From an uncultured virus (IMG/VR IMGVR_UViG_3300046691_000240) (Duplodnaviria; Heunggongvirae; Uroviricota; Caudoviricetes), in IMG/VR virus record IMGVR_UViG_3300046691_000240: a stretch of DNA of 24,431 nucleotides; one strand, 5' to 3'. Positions 1 to 10,112 of the stretch are shown in pieces. Made by a program: the position numbers and the translations under genes. The notes beneath the pieces are model-generated. The model saw only the letters and a program-made list of their open reading frames with translations. It did no database searches and was not told where the DNA came from. The stretch's first letter is position 1. Every line of letters starts with the position of its first letter.

Positions 1-1478
1 TCGCCGAACGCCTTGGCATACGCGGTTTGCAGGCGTTTCAGGTCGTTCATTTCACCCTTGACGAAGCCCAGCGCCTTTTTGGCTTCGTCGAGGTTGGTGA
101 ACCCCTCGGTGCTGAGACCCACGCCGCCGCCACGCTGCAGGGCTTTACGCCCGGCACGGTCAGACCGGCCACGCAGTATCCGCGCCTGCGCCACTTCGGC
201 TTCGGTACGGGCGAGGGCTTCCGCCTTGGCGGCGTCCTTCTTGCTCAGCTTTTCACGGGCGCCTAGGGATTCTTGGCGCGCTCTCAGGCGGTCGACGGCC
301 TGACTGGCGCCGTCCAGTTCGCGAAGCGTTTGCTTCGCGGTCTTCGAGTCCGCGCCGAAAATGTCCTCGGTCAGCTTGTGGATCTTTAAGCGGGTGTCGT
401 ATTCCTTGCGGGCAAACTCCAGCCCCAACTTGGCGTTACGGGTGTTGGCAATCCCGTCGACGTTGCCGCGCTGCGCCATCTCGAAGTATTTCTTGCCCTC
501 GGGATTTTTCAGGGCGGCACCCCGGGCATCCGTGGCCAAGTTCTGCAGCTTGGTGGCTTGTGTTTGCCGACGCTTGGCCGCCTGCACCTGCTGCCGCTCG
601 GCCTTTGCGGCGGCTTGCTTGGCTTCCTGCGCGTCCTTTTTGTCCCGCGCCTCGATCACGGCCAGTTCTCTGGCGCGGGTATCCAGATCGGCGAAGGTGC
701 GCGCCGCCAAGGCCTGCTTGCGCTCGGCGCGGAAAACCGCCGGCGAGTCCGGGCCGGAGCGGTCGCGCTCCAGCTGCACCGCCTTCTCGCTGGCGGTCAG
801 CGCCGACGCAGCGTAGCCGCGGCCCTGCTTGGCTGCGGCCGAGGTGGTGATGTCGCCTGCGTTGCCCCGGGCAGCGGTCAGGAAGGCCTTACGGCCTTCC
901 GGGCTCTGCGTGGCCTTGATCCGGCTGGCACGCTTGAGGGTTTCGGAGGTTCTCGCTTGCGTGGCCTGGTCGCGGACCAGTTTGTTTTCATCCCGCAGCT
1001 TCTTGGCCGCCGCTGCTGCGTTGGCTTTGTAGCTGGTGGTGACGCGGTCGATCATCGGCGAGACGTTGCGGGTGATGGCTTCAAGTTGCTTGAAGACCGA
1101 CTCCATGCCCCGCAGTTCGTTGATAAACGGCTGGCCCGCACCTTTGCCCGCAGTGCGCAGTTGCTTGGTCACGTCCACCAGGCCATCCCGGTAGACCTTG
1201 ACGTCCTCGAACGCCTTGCGCAGTTGGTGCCGTTGCCCGGCCGTCAGCGTTTCGGGGTCGAACCCTTTGGTGGCCGCGCGTTGCAGCAGGTCGCGTTGCT
1301 TCTTGAGGCGGTCGGCGACTACGCCCAAAGCCTCAGCCTGCTTGCGCAGGCCCGCGAAGTCATCGCCGGTGTTGACCTCCAGCGAGGCGAGCTTGCGCTT
1401 GACCTCTGCGTAGTCCTCCGCATTCAGCCGCAGGCCCGCATTGATCAGCGTCGTTAGGACAATGTCTGCTTCGGCCAT
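1..1478 (-). CDS. Tail tape measure protein, N-terminal part (runs off the left edge)
   Basis: Not in the ORF track because it has no stop in the window. Hand translation from ATG 1478 (MAEADIVLTTLINAGLRLNAEDYAEVKRKLASLEV...) stays open to the edge; Ala/Lys/Arg/Glu-rich helical composition; lies after major tail and chaperone genes. Confidence 0.75.
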   Translation of the reverse strand, partial: MAEADIVLTTLINAGLRLNAEDYAEVKRKLASLEVNTGDDFAGLRKQAEALGVVADRLKKQRDLLQRAATKGFDPETLTAGQRHQLRKAFEDVKVYRDGLVDVTKQLRTAGKGAGQPFINELRGMESVFKQLEAITRNVSPMIDRVTTSYKANAAAAAKKLRDENKLVRDQATQARTSETLKRASRIKATQSPEGRKAFLTAARGNAGDITTSAAAKQGRGYAASALTASEKAVQLERDRSGPDSPAVFRAERKQALAARTFADLDTRARELAVIEARDKKDAQEAKQAAAKAERQQVQAAKRRQTQATKLQNLATDARGAALKNPEGKKYFEMAQRGNVDGIANTRNAKLGLEFARKEYDTRLKIHKLTEDIFGADSKTAKQTLRELDGASQAVDRLRARQESLGAREKLSKKDAAKAEALARTEAEVAQARILRGRSDRAGRKALQRGGGVGLSTEGFTNLDEAKKALGFVKGEMNDLKRLQTAYAKAFG

Positions 1479-1481
1479 GGC

Positions 1482-2012
1482 TTAGAACCCCAACTTTTTC
1501 ATCTGCTCGATCATGGAATCCACCGACTGCTTGTCGGTCATGTCGATGGTGTGGACGTTGTCTGCCTGACCTTTCAGTTCGCCGCCGTTGCCGAGTAGAC
1601 AGGCCTCAAAGCGGCACCGCAGGTCCTGCCAGACGTGGGCAGTCTTGAGTTCGATCATGGCCTTGACCACGTCCATCTCGGTTTCGCAGTACAGGGTGTT
1701 CGCGCGCTGCACGTCGTAATCGGCCAACCACAGGCAGAGCTGGTCAGTCGTCAGGGCATTCAGCCATGCGGTGTACTTGGCGCCGTAGCCGTTGCTTTTT
1801 TGCCCGGCGGATTTGGTTTGTTCGGGGGCGGGGGGTGGTTCCATCAGGCGCTGTGCCATGGCCTCGATGTCGGGGCACGGCAGCTTGGCCTGCTCGGCAG
1901 CCAGTTCGATGGCCAAGCCAATCATCAGGTCCGGTTGTTGCGCGACAATCTCCCCCAGCACTTCCTTGAACAGCAGGGTGACCTTCGGCTTTTTCAGGCG
2001 GAACAGTGACAT
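1482..2012 (-). CDS. Putative tail assembly chaperone
   Basis: 176-aa ORF between major tail and tape measure genes; function from position only. Confidence 0.5.
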   Translation of the reverse strand: MSLFRLKKPKVTLLFKEVLGEIVAQQPDLMIGLAIELAAEQAKLPCPDIEAMAQRLMEPPPAPEQTKSAGQKSNGYGAKYTAWLNALTTDQLCLWLADYDVQRANTLYCETEMDVVKAMIELKTAHVWQDLRCRFEACLLGNGGELKGQADNVHTIDMTDKQSVDSMIEQMKKLGF

Positions 2013-2032
2013 GGCGGTCCCTCAGCACATGG

Positions 2033-2057
2033 GAAAAGGCCGGGCAGCGCCCGGCCT
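2033..2057 (-). terminator. Probable intrinsic terminator after the major tail gene
   Basis: 9-bp stem AGGCCGGGC/GCCCGGCCT (2037-2057) followed by a short U run on the minus strand. Confidence 0.55.
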
Positions 2058-2074
2058 CTACATCTCCTGCCCGA

Positions 2075-2878
2075 TTAGCTACCGCCGAGAGCGAGGAAGC
2101 CGGTCGGGTGTGCCGGGATGATGTTCGACAGGTGTGCCAAGTTAGCCCCGACACCGAACTCAGCAGCCGCAGGCTGCAGGCATTTCAGGGTCAGCGTGGT
2201 GCTGGCGAAGTCATCCGCGTTGGTGGCGTATTCCAGGTTGCCCGAGATACTGGCTTTCCAGAAGTTCCAGACCAAAGGTCTGCCCGAGCTGTTTTCCTTC
2301 TGCACGACGGAGGCCGCCATGTAGTTGGTTTGGCTCACAGCACCGATGGCCACCTGCTTGGCCACAAACACCGGGTCGCCGATCGACAGGTCGAACAGCA
2401 GCGGGGTGGAGGTGTCCAGGGTCAGGGTGTTGGTCGAGATCGACTGCACGCGCAGGATCTGCACGTTCTCAGGGGCGTTCGGCTTGTAGGCCACGATCAG
2501 ATCGCTGGCCGACACGCCGGTGCCGCTGGCCACGATCAACGAAGTCGCGGCGGTGGATGCGGCGGTGCCGACGGTGGTCGCTACGTCAGTAGCGGCGGTA
2601 GCGACACCGTCACCGAGAGCGACCTTCAGGTTGCGGCGCGAATACTCGCGCAGCACGGCCGACACTTCAGCGGTCTGACGGACGATGGCGCTGTCCATCA
2701 GCTGCTTCGGAAAGCCGCCTTCGAGGTCGACCGATTCCTGGCCGATGGTGACGGACACGGAGTCCACGAGGCCCACGGAGTGCGCCTGCAGGAGCTTCAT
2801 AGCCGAGGTCAGCGGGCCGATTCTTAATTCCGCTGTGCCGATTTGAAATTTGTTGCTTACCGGGGAGCCGAGGGACAT
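2075..2878 (-). CDS. Major tail (tube) protein
   Basis: 267 aa, Ser/Thr/Ala/Val-rich; tail-tube-like segments (FQIGTAELRIG, VGLVDSVSVTIGQE, WNFWKASISGNLEY...TLTLKCL); position. Confidence 0.75.
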   Translation of the reverse strand: MSLGSPVSNKFQIGTAELRIGPLTSAMKLLQAHSVGLVDSVSVTIGQESVDLEGGFPKQLMDSAIVRQTAEVSAVLREYSRRNLKVALGDGVATAATDVATTVGTAASTAATSLIVASGTGVSASDLIVAYKPNAPENVQILRVQSISTNTLTLDTSTPLLFDLSIGDPVFVAKQVAIGAVSQTNYMAASVVQKENSSGRPLVWNFWKASISGNLEYATNADDFASTTLTLKCLQPAAAEFGVGANLAHLSNIIPAHPTGFLALGGS

Positions 2879-2881
2879 GGC

Positions 2882-3610
2882 CTATCTCCTGTTTAATGTT
2901 TTTAGAATCTGTTGCTGCATTGCTTTACCCAGACGCATTGCCAGAGGTCGCATCGTTGGCCGCCAGATTTCTGGCTGATAGGCACGCCATACCCCGCGTT
3001 GGGGACGACCTCCCATAGCAGTCAGCTGTACCGTTGGAACGACGCCGTTTCCTGCAGAGGCCCCCGCAATCAGCGCTCTACGCAGCACGATGTCGAGGAA
3101 GCTGGGGGTGAGACGGTTAAACGAAATTCGGTATTCAATGCGGCGTTGGTAGGTGCCCGACGCGGTCAATTTCGGACGGCTCACGCGCACCCCTGCGCGC
3201 CCCGGCATCCACCCCGCGAACGCGGTGCGCAACTTGCCTTCGTCCAGCCAGAACAGGTTCGCGCCGTGGCTGCGGTGCCTGCCCTTGTAGCCAGCTGCGC
3301 CGCGCTCGCGCTTGTCTTCCAGCCAGCCAGCGGACAGCGCACGCCAGTCGACTTGCACGGTGGTGATGCGGCCGTTGGGCAACTTCACCTTGATCTGGTG
3401 ATGCGGGGCGCTGCCGTTCTTCACACCGGTCTGCAGCAGCGCGTTAACGCCTTCCAGCGCCGCCTGGTAGTAAGCGGTGGCGACCTGCTCCAGCTCGTTG
3501 ACGCGCTCGTCGGCGTACTCTTGGATGCGCTTTTTGTAGTTCGGGCTGCGCACCACAGCGGCGAGCAACTGGTCTTTGTTGATGGTCAGCGTGGCCGTGG
3601 TGTTAGCCAT
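2882..3610 (-). CDS. Virion neck/tail completion protein (putative)
   Basis: 242-aa basic ORF overlapping the upstream gene inside the head-tail joining block. Confidence 0.5.
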   Translation of the reverse strand: MANTTATLTINKDQLLAAVVRSPNYKKRIQEYADERVNELEQVATAYYQAALEGVNALLQTGVKNGSAPHHQIKVKLPNGRITTVQVDWRALSAGWLEDKRERGAAGYKGRHRSHGANLFWLDEGKLRTAFAGWMPGRAGVRVSRPKLTASGTYQRRIEYRISFNRLTPSFLDIVLRRALIAGASAGNGVVPTVQLTAMGGRPQRGVWRAYQPEIWRPTMRPLAMRLGKAMQQQILKTLNRR

Positions 3611-4076
3611 ACTTCACCGCCTTGCCGCGCACGACGGCGTAGCGGATGCCCGACTGACGATCAAACTGCTGCGGGCTGATCTCGTTGGCGACCACGCGCA
3701 GGAAACCTTTGCTGACGGTGTCGGTGGCGTCGGTGGTCTCGCGGGCGAAGTCGAACAGCTGGAACGACGCCCCGGCTTGAAACACGTCGCGGATCTGCGC
3801 GACCAGGTCGATCAACTGGTAGTTACCAGGATCGGCGGTGGTCTTCGCCCCGACGGTGAACTCGATGCCATACAACGGCGCGTGCGGCGACTCGAACACC
3901 GAACCGAGCTGCCAGAGAATCGCGGGTTCATCCCCCTTGAAAATGGCGTCGGTCTGCAGCATGTCGTCGACCTCGGCCCATTGCAGGGTCGGGTACTTGA
4001 CGAGCAGGCTGGCCACCTTGGTGGAGACCAACTTGTCGATGGTGCTTTTCAGAATCAAAGGGAAGTCATCAGCCAC
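3603..4076 (-). CDS. Putative tail terminator/completion protein
   Basis: 157 aa, mixed alpha/beta; size and position fit. Confidence 0.5.
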   Translation of the reverse strand: MADDFPLILKSTIDKLVSTKVASLLVKYPTLQWAEVDDMLQTDAIFKGDEPAILWQLGSVFESPHAPLYGIEFTVGAKTTADPGNYQLIDLVAQIRDVFQAGASFQLFDFARETTDATDTVSKGFLRVVANEISPQQFDRQSGIRYAVVRGKAVKYG

Positions 4077-4674
4077 GGCGTTGGCACCTCGCGGCAGGGA
4101 TTTCCAGCGACTGGTACACCTCGGTGATGTCCATCACGTCGCCGTTGTCCAGGCGCTTGACGTACATATCGGTGTCGGGCACGACGTTGCGCGGGAAGTA
4201 CACGGAATAAATCGTGTAGTCGGTCAGCGAGAATTCCCGCGAGTCCACAGACGAATAGCGCGAGATGTTCACCCACGTATCGAACAGCACTGCCTCAATA
4301 CCGGTCTTGCGCTTCACCCCGGATTGCAGGGTGGAGGTGACTTCCTTGCACACCTGCACATGGAACGGCGCTTGGTGCAGGGCGAAGGTCGTGCCGTAAA
4401 CCGTCGGCCCCTCGATGTCCTGGTTGCTGCTTTCCACCAGGTAGGCGGTCGGGCTCGACCCCAAGCGGATCACGGCATAACCCAGCGGCAGCGCTTGGTC
4501 ACCCGACAGGGTGAGGATGCGCTTGCGTTGGCCGAAATCCCGCTCGGTGATGAAACGGTCGTAGACCTGCAACCGCCCGCGCAGGCCGGTTTCTTCCCAG
4601 CTGTTGGTCACGCCGTTCCACCCCATCACTGGGGTTTGGGCGAAGCGGCCGAGGGCGCGGGAAAGGTCGGCCAT
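4069..4674 (-). CDS. Putative head closure / head-tail joining protein
   Basis: Likely start ATG 4674 (MADLSRALGRF...) overlapping the TAA of the upstream gene; beta-rich 201 aa. Confidence 0.55.
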   Translation of the reverse strand: MADLSRALGRFAQTPVMGWNGVTNSWEETGLRGRLQVYDRFITERDFGQRKRILTLSGDQALPLGYAVIRLGSSPTAYLVESSNQDIEGPTVYGTTFALHQAPFHVQVCKEVTSTLQSGVKRKTGIEAVLFDTWVNISRYSSVDSREFSLTDYTIYSVYFPRNVVPDTDMYVKRLDNGDVMDITEVYQSLEIPAARCQRRG

Positions 4675-5153
4675 TACTGGATAACCTCCGTGACCGGGTC
4701 GGCCCCGGGCACCGCCACGCCGACGAAGTTGGCGTAGGCAGCGGTGGCCGGTTTGCCTTCGACTGCAGACTGCAACTCGCCCTTGTACTTGGCGACCTTG
4801 GCGGCGGCGAGCTGCGTCAGGCGGGACAGGTCCACCTTGAACCGGTCGATCTGCGCCTTGCCGTCGGTGGTGATCTGCGGAATGGTCAGCGGCCGGTTGG
4901 TGAACTCCAGCGCGATGAACCACTGCGCGTACAACTCGATCCGTTGGGCCACCGCCTTTTGCAAGGCGTTAGGCGTGCCCACGGTGCCGACGCTGTACAG
5001 CGCGGCGTGGGCAGTCAGCCACGTATCGAGGTCGAGCTGCAGTTCCAGCTCGACCTTGGAGTCGATCATGTAGCGATCCGGGCAATCGTCCACGTCGATG
5101 CCGAGGCAGCCGCGAACAGCTTCCGTCGTGGTGTAATCGCCGAGGTTCGCCAT
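4674..5153 (-). CDS. Putative head-tail adaptor
   Basis: 159 aa, helical, with the adaptor-like N-terminus YTTTEAVRGCLG; follows the capsid block. Confidence 0.6.
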   Translation of the reverse strand: MANLGDYTTTEAVRGCLGIDVDDCPDRYMIDSKVELELQLDLDTWLTAHAALYSVGTVGTPNALQKAVAQRIELYAQWFIALEFTNRPLTIPQITTDGKAQIDRFKVDLSRLTQLAAAKVAKYKGELQSAVEGKPATAAYANFVGVAVPGADPVTEVIQ

Positions 5154-5162
5154 GAGGCCCCC

Positions 5163-5384
5163 TTACGCTTCGCTGATCAGGTTGGCGGCCATCTGGCCGT
5201 GCAGCCAGCTGCCTTCGGCAGGGGCGGCGTCAATCTTGACCGGGGTAACCGGGCCAAAATGGATGTTCGAGTCCGGGTCGGAGTAGCCATATGGGGTGGT
5301 CGATTTGAGGTATTTCGGCCAGCCTTCTGCCTTGGCAGGGGCGGGGGCCTTTGCTGCGTCTTGCGGTTTTTCAGTACGGGACAT
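5163..5384 (-). CDS. Small virion-associated hypothetical protein
   Basis: 73 aa with AGGAG RBS, directly after the major capsid gene. Confidence 0.6.
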   Translation of the reverse strand: MSRTEKPQDAAKAPAPAKAEGWPKYLKSTTPYGYSDPDSNIHFGPVTPVKIDAAPAEGSWLHGQMAANLISEA

Positions 5385-5408
5385 GGCTCGGCTCCTGCGG
5401 GTGGGGTT

Positions 5409-5426
5409 GGGGGCCTTGCGGCCCCC
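5409..5426 (-). other. GCAA-tetraloop hairpin after the capsid stop (mRNA stabiliser or weak terminator)
   Basis: GGGGGCC-GCAA-GGCCCCC on the minus strand; no U tract. Confidence 0.45.
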
Positions 5427-5434
5427 TTATTCCA

Positions 5435-6637
5435 TTACAATGTAAGCGTCATTACCTTAAAAGCATCTGGGTATAAGGTATGGGTCATTTCCCCGAAATC
5501 TACGCGGAACGCAGTTGCGCGGCGCAGGACGAACTGCTCGACCGCCGAGTAGGCTGCGGAGATGTTGATGACGCGGCGCAAGGCGAATCTGGTGTCGATG
5601 CCAACGAACGTGTTCGCGGCAATTACGCCGTCGTCCACGATCAGCAGACGAGGATCTGGACCAGTCAGATTCTCGATGGTGACGCCCTGGTTGAAGCCCT
5701 CAGCCCCTGGCACGAAAATCGTGTCGCGGGTCGGTTTGCCCGAGCGCGCTTCGATGGCCAGCGCGGTGTCGAGGTCGCAGATCGCGCCCAAGGTCATCAT
5801 GCTGCGGCGTTGCTTGTGCATGTACTTCACCCAGCCTTTATGGGTGATCGCACCGGCAGCAATGATCGCCGAGTCCAGGGTGTTGGCCTTGAACGAGGTC
5901 TTCGCGGTCTCGCCCCGGTCAACGTCACCGGAGACGATGGCAGCGATGTCCGCCTGCACCATCCGCACACGCTCTGCGCGGGCTTGGGCAGTCATGGCCA
6001 AGTTCACCAGGTCCAGAGTCGATGCTTGCGCGGCCTGGTCGGAGATCAGCAGACCAATCGACTTGGTTGGGATGCTGTTCGAGCGGGCAGCGGTGGTGAT
6101 CGACAGCATCACATCCGGCTCAGCCAGCTGGGCGATCGGCATCGACGAGTAGCCTTCAGGACGGGTCACGTCGATCACGGGCTGGTCGAATTTTGGGCCC
6201 GTCACAGTCTGGGTCTGCGCGATAAAACTCGACCAAGTGCCCAGCAAATCGCTGTAGTCGTCGCGCAGTTTCGACTCGATGGCGCGCATCAGAATCTCTG
6301 GGTAGAGCATGCGGCCAGCCACGGTTGCACGGTCGGAACCGTCGCCGCGGGTGATCGAACCCATCTGAATGCCGGTGTCGAACATCTGCTTCATGCTCGG
6401 CGGGTGCATGCCCATGCGGCTGTCGGTCGAGGTGTACATGCCGGAGTGCAGCATGGCCTGTTGCAACACGTCGCCGTGTTTGACCAGGTCGGTGGCACCT
6501 GCGTACAGCTGGTTGAGGTGCTGCGACAGGGTCAGGCCTTTTTCCGAAGCCTGTGCGTACATGCGCACGTCGAACGGCACCTCAACGAGGTTGCCTTCGT
6601 GGTTACGCAGCTTCAGCGTAGTGGAGAGATCGCTCAT
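5435..6637 (-). CDS. Major capsid protein (HK97 fold inferred)
   Basis: 400 aa after protease and decoration genes; capsid-like C-terminus (FVGIDTRFALRRV...LYPDAFKVMTL). Confidence 0.85.
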   Translation of the reverse strand: MSDLSTTLKLRNHEGNLVEVPFDVRMYAQASEKGLTLSQHLNQLYAGATDLVKHGDVLQQAMLHSGMYTSTDSRMGMHPPSMKQMFDTGIQMGSITRGDGSDRATVAGRMLYPEILMRAIESKLRDDYSDLLGTWSSFIAQTQTVTGPKFDQPVIDVTRPEGYSSMPIAQLAEPDVMLSITTAARSNSIPTKSIGLLISDQAAQASTLDLVNLAMTAQARAERVRMVQADIAAIVSGDVDRGETAKTSFKANTLDSAIIAAGAITHKGWVKYMHKQRRSMMTLGAICDLDTALAIEARSGKPTRDTIFVPGAEGFNQGVTIENLTGPDPRLLIVDDGVIAANTFVGIDTRFALRRVINISAAYSAVEQFVLRRATAFRVDFGEMTHTLYPDAFKVMTLTL

Positions 6638-6669
6638 TTCATTACCCCCAAAAGTGTTTGGAATGAGCG

Positions 6670-7149
6670 TTAAACGCGCTCAATCAGAACCTGGTCGAGT
6701 GCGACACCGGTGCCGGTGACGATGCGGATCACGCGCCAGGCGAACAAACCGGCCTGGTTCAACGCGCCGTCGTCAGCTGCGGCGGTGGCGGTCGCTTTCT
6801 TCACCTGCGCCAAACCGGCGGTGCCGATCGCGGCTTGGGTGAAGGCGACGACGTAGTCACCGACGCCCAACGTCGCTTGCGCGGCGCCGTTTTGCACAAC
6901 CTTGCGACCACGGCGCTGGATCGAGCCGAAGACGAAACCGTTGTTCACGGTGAAAGGCTCGATCGCGGTCAGGAAACCCTCGATCGCGTCACCGTCAGTG
7001 GCCGGGACATAGTTCTGCGCGGTGCCAGCCTTGTAGGCTTTGTTCAGGTCGTTGTTCCCGATACCGCTGGACGCAGCTGCGCCAAGGGCTGCGGAAATCG
7101 TGTCCTTCATCGCGTCGGTCACGCTTTCGTTGTATACAAAAGTGGTCAT
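6670..7149 (-). CDS. Head decoration / capsid cement protein
   Basis: 159 aa Ala/Gly/Thr-rich, between protease and capsid as lambda gpD is. Confidence 0.65.
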   Translation of the reverse strand: MTTFVYNESVTDAMKDTISAALGAAASSGIGNNDLNKAYKAGTAQNYVPATDGDAIEGFLTAIEPFTVNNGFVFGSIQRRGRKVVQNGAAQATLGVGDYVVAFTQAAIGTAGLAQVKKATATAAADDGALNQAGLFAWRVIRIVTGTGVALDQVLIERV

Positions 7150-7173
7150 TGATCATTCCCCCAAGAAGTTTGT

Positions 7174-8664
7174 TTAGAGCTTCACGCAGTCGGCGCTAGG
7201 CTCGTAGGCCTGAGCTTTGGTGGTGCCGAGATCACTTTCCGCAGGCACTTCGGCCTGAGCCCCGATCTTCATCTTCGAGTTGAAGTCGCTGAGGGTGCGG
7301 TGGTAGGTGTTGATCAGCGTCTCGGCGCTCATACCGGTGAAGGTCGTCGCGCTGCGGCCCAGTGGCAGTTCCATGCGGTTCACGGCATCCCCACAAATCT
7401 TCATGAGGGTGCCCATGTGCGCAGAACGCTCCGACTCGCTCGCCTGCAGGCGCTTGACTTCACCTTTGGCTTCGGCCAGATCCCCGGAGAGGGAAATGAT
7501 CTTGTCCAGGGTGCTGTCGGTCAGCTGCTCGACGGTGCCGGTGATGACTGGTGCCGGGTCTTCCACCACGACTGGCTTCGCCGCGAGTTCCGCTGCTGCG
7601 GCTTCTTCGGCTGCCAGTTCTTCTGCGGTTTTCACTTTCACTTCTTCGGACAGGGACGGATCGGCCAAGGCCAACTTCTCGTCCATGCCCGATGCGACGG
7701 CCGCGAGGCCCGCGTCAGTCAGTGTTCGCTTCATAGCGTCCATACCTATTTGGTTATTTTGATGGGGTACAGAGATCGTCGGCTTTCGAGCGCCCGCGGC
7801 GTTCATCACGGCGGCAATCGCCTTGTCGAACGTCGTGACTTCGTCTACAAGCCCCGTCTTGATTGCATCTAGGCCCATGAAAACTCGGCCCTCTGCTGCG
7901 GTTTCGATCAACGCTGGAATGGCGATGCCCCGCTCGGTGGAAACGTGGTTCAGGAAAAGGTCGTAGAATTTCCCCATCCGCGTTTCGATGTCAGCTTTGG
8001 CTTTGTCATCCAACTTTTCATACGGTGAGCCAAGGGCCTTGAACTCACCGGCACGAAACATGGTTACGTCGATGCCCTGCATTTCGAGCTGCCGGGCGTA
8101 ACTGAAATGCGCGCTCACGACGCCGATGCTGCCGTTCATGGCCATCGCGGAGCTGAAAACTTTGCGGCCGATCGCGCCGACCCAGTACCCGGCGGACAGC
8201 ATCTTCGTCCCGGTGTACGTGTAGATCGGCATGACGTTTTTATCGAACTCGGACAGGAAGTCCGACAGCTCGCCGATGCCTTCGGCGGTGCCGCCGTTGG
8301 TGTCGATGTCCATCAGCAGCGCACGGCAACCGGCCTCCGAAGCGACGATCGCGGCGTTGCGGATTTCCTGATAAGAGATCAGGCCGAAGTAGCGGTTGAA
8401 AAAGGATTCCTTGCTCACCATGCTGCCGCTGATGGACAGCACGGCCACGTCCTGGTGGCGTGTGAGCATGTAACCGTAGTCAGGGAAGTCGGGCTGGTCT
8501 TCGCCGTCATCCCCCACATAAAATTTTGGGTCTGCGTTGGCCGTGCGCAGTTGGTCCAGCGCGGCGCGAGCGTGCAACATGCTCTGGTCGTCGCCGAACC
8601 AGATGTCACCCAGCTGCAGATTCTGGCCGCGAGGCGTCTGGCTGCGCTTGTGTTTGGCGCTCAT
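7174..8664 (-). CDS. S49-family prohead maturation protease with C-terminal scaffold region (lambda gpC-like)
   Basis: S49 motifs LLMDIDTNGG, MLSAGYWV, GSIGVV, RAGEFKALGSPY, GRVFMGLDAIKTGLVDEV; acidic coiled-coil C-terminal part. Confidence 0.9.
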   Translation of the reverse strand: MSAKHKRSQTPRGQNLQLGDIWFGDDQSMLHARAALDQLRTANADPKFYVGDDGEDQPDFPDYGYMLTRHQDVAVLSISGSMVSKESFFNRYFGLISYQEIRNAAIVASEAGCRALLMDIDTNGGTAEGIGELSDFLSEFDKNVMPIYTYTGTKMLSAGYWVGAIGRKVFSSAMAMNGSIGVVSAHFSYARQLEMQGIDVTMFRAGEFKALGSPYEKLDDKAKADIETRMGKFYDLFLNHVSTERGIAIPALIETAAEGRVFMGLDAIKTGLVDEVTTFDKAIAAVMNAAGARKPTISVPHQNNQIGMDAMKRTLTDAGLAAVASGMDEKLALADPSLSEEVKVKTAEELAAEEAAAAELAAKPVVVEDPAPVITGTVEQLTDSTLDKIISLSGDLAEAKGEVKRLQASESERSAHMGTLMKICGDAVNRMELPLGRSATTFTGMSAETLINTYHRTLSDFNSKMKIGAQAEVPAESDLGTTKAQAYEPSADCVKL

Positions 8665-10112
8665 TGGCTAGCCCCTCCGGCTTTTTTCGGGTTGTCGGAT
8701 TGCAGGGCGCGGCCCTGCGGGTCGTCGTTCGGGCTGGCGTTGTTGGCATTGATGCCCGCGCTGCCACGACGGAACCCGGTGCCCGACAGCGGCGGGGCGC
8801 CCGGCGCACGCGGGCCGGTACCCAGATCCCACGCGGCTTCGTCGTCAGTGAGGAAACCTTCGGAGAGCAGTTCGAGGGTTCGCGCCTGGCGCATGGTTTT
8901 GAAGGCTTCCAGCTCAAGGTCTGGGCGCAGGTTGATCGGGTCGAACTTGAATTTGACGTACACGTCGGCGCCGTAGAGTCGGGCGGCGAGGGTCAGGATG
9001 CGGGACAGGTTGGTTTCGACAGGGCGGCGGGCGGCGTTGGCAATTTTCAGGAACACCAGGGATTCGGTGTTGCTCAGGGATTGCGAACCCTGCAGGCGCA
9101 AACCCAACATCGACGGGTTGGACTTGAGCGAAGTGGCCAACATCCCCGACAGGGTTTCGATCAAGGGCACGTAGTCGCTTTTCTCGCCTGCGCCCTTGAG
9201 CATGTCGGCCTCAACGGTGTCGTAAACGACCAAGGCATCCTCGGGGTTGATGTCCTTCAACGCTTCTTCGATGTTGCTTTTCACCGCATCGAGCGCGCTC
9301 TGCAGCTTTTCTTTGTCGGCTTTGATGTCGTCAGGCAGCGCGGCCATCACCTGCTCGATGGAGATTTTCAGCACCAGGCGGCCGTGCCCCTGGTGGCGCA
9401 CCGCGCGGCGCATCTCTTGAATGAACTCGGCGTAGCTGTAGGTGTTGTTCACCCCCGCCGACAGCATCGAATCCGAATAGGCGCGGTTGGCTTGGCGGTG
9501 CAGTTCGCTGATGAAAATGGTGGGGTAGTCCAGCGGAACCGGGTCGCCCTGCGACTTGTTCTGCTGCGGGATCTTCTTGGACTTCGGCCCGCTGCCGATG
9601 TTTTTCCAGTCCAAGGTCTCAAACGGAATATTGTTGATCTTGCTCGGGAAGCGCGACTTGTCGAGCACCAGCTCCTGCGCCAAGGCGCTGGTCAGCACCA
9701 CTTCGAGCAGCGACTGTTCCAGCAGGCAATCGAACGAAGTCTTGTCGCCGTAGCCTTGGCTGTAGTCGGACAGGGTGTCGATGTTGGCAATGATCTGGCG
9801 GGCCATCAGGCTGCCCGCCAAGTCGAACTGCCCGGTCTGGGTGTTGTACGCCTTGGCGGTGTACCCGGAGAGGGCGACCTCGACGAAACTGAAGGCAGCC
9901 GAGGAAAAAGTGCCTTCCCGCGAATACAGGTCGCGGATCGAGCCAATCATGCTGTTGCGGGCGCGACTCGCGGTGATCGACTCGTTGACTTGGGTGCGGC
10001 TGTCCCGGGGCACGATTTGGTCTACGCCCGCGCGCTCGAACACCGACTCAGTGATGGCTTTCGTCACCAACGAGCGCGGCAAAACAATAGGCTGCGGATT
10101 AACTCCCGGCAC
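8661..10112 (-). CDS. Portal protein
   Basis: ~480 aa between TerL and protease; portal-like C-terminus (VKFKFDPINLRP...GFLTDDEA). Start placed at GTG 10112 after a G-rich RBS; the ORF extends to 10217, so the start is uncertain. Confidence 0.85.
   Translation of the reverse strand: MPGVNPQPIVLPRSLVTKAITESVFERAGVDQIVPRDSRTQVNESITASRARNSMIGSIRDLYSREGTFSSAAFSFVEVALSGYTAKAYNTQTGQFDLAGSLMARQIIANIDTLSDYSQGYGDKTSFDCLLEQSLLEVVLTSALAQELVLDKSRFPSKINNIPFETLDWKNIGSGPKSKKIPQQNKSQGDPVPLDYPTIFISELHRQANRAYSDSMLSAGVNNTYSYAEFIQEMRRAVRHQGHGRLVLKISIEQVMAALPDDIKADKEKLQSALDAVKSNIEEALKDINPEDALVVYDTVEADMLKGAGEKSDYVPLIETLSGMLATSLKSNPSMLGLRLQGSQSLSNTESLVFLKIANAARRPVETNLSRILTLAARLYGADVYVKFKFDPINLRPDLELEAFKTMRQARTLELLSEGFLTDDEAAWDLGTGPRAPGAPPLSGTGFRRGSAGINANNASPNDDPQGRALQSDNPKKAGGASQ

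Noticed and set aside
1478..2012. Programmed frameshift or readthrough in the tail chaperone
   Set aside because: No correctly phased X XXY YYZ slippery site found; the gene is in frame with the tape measure gene but separated by TAA, with no evidence of readthrough
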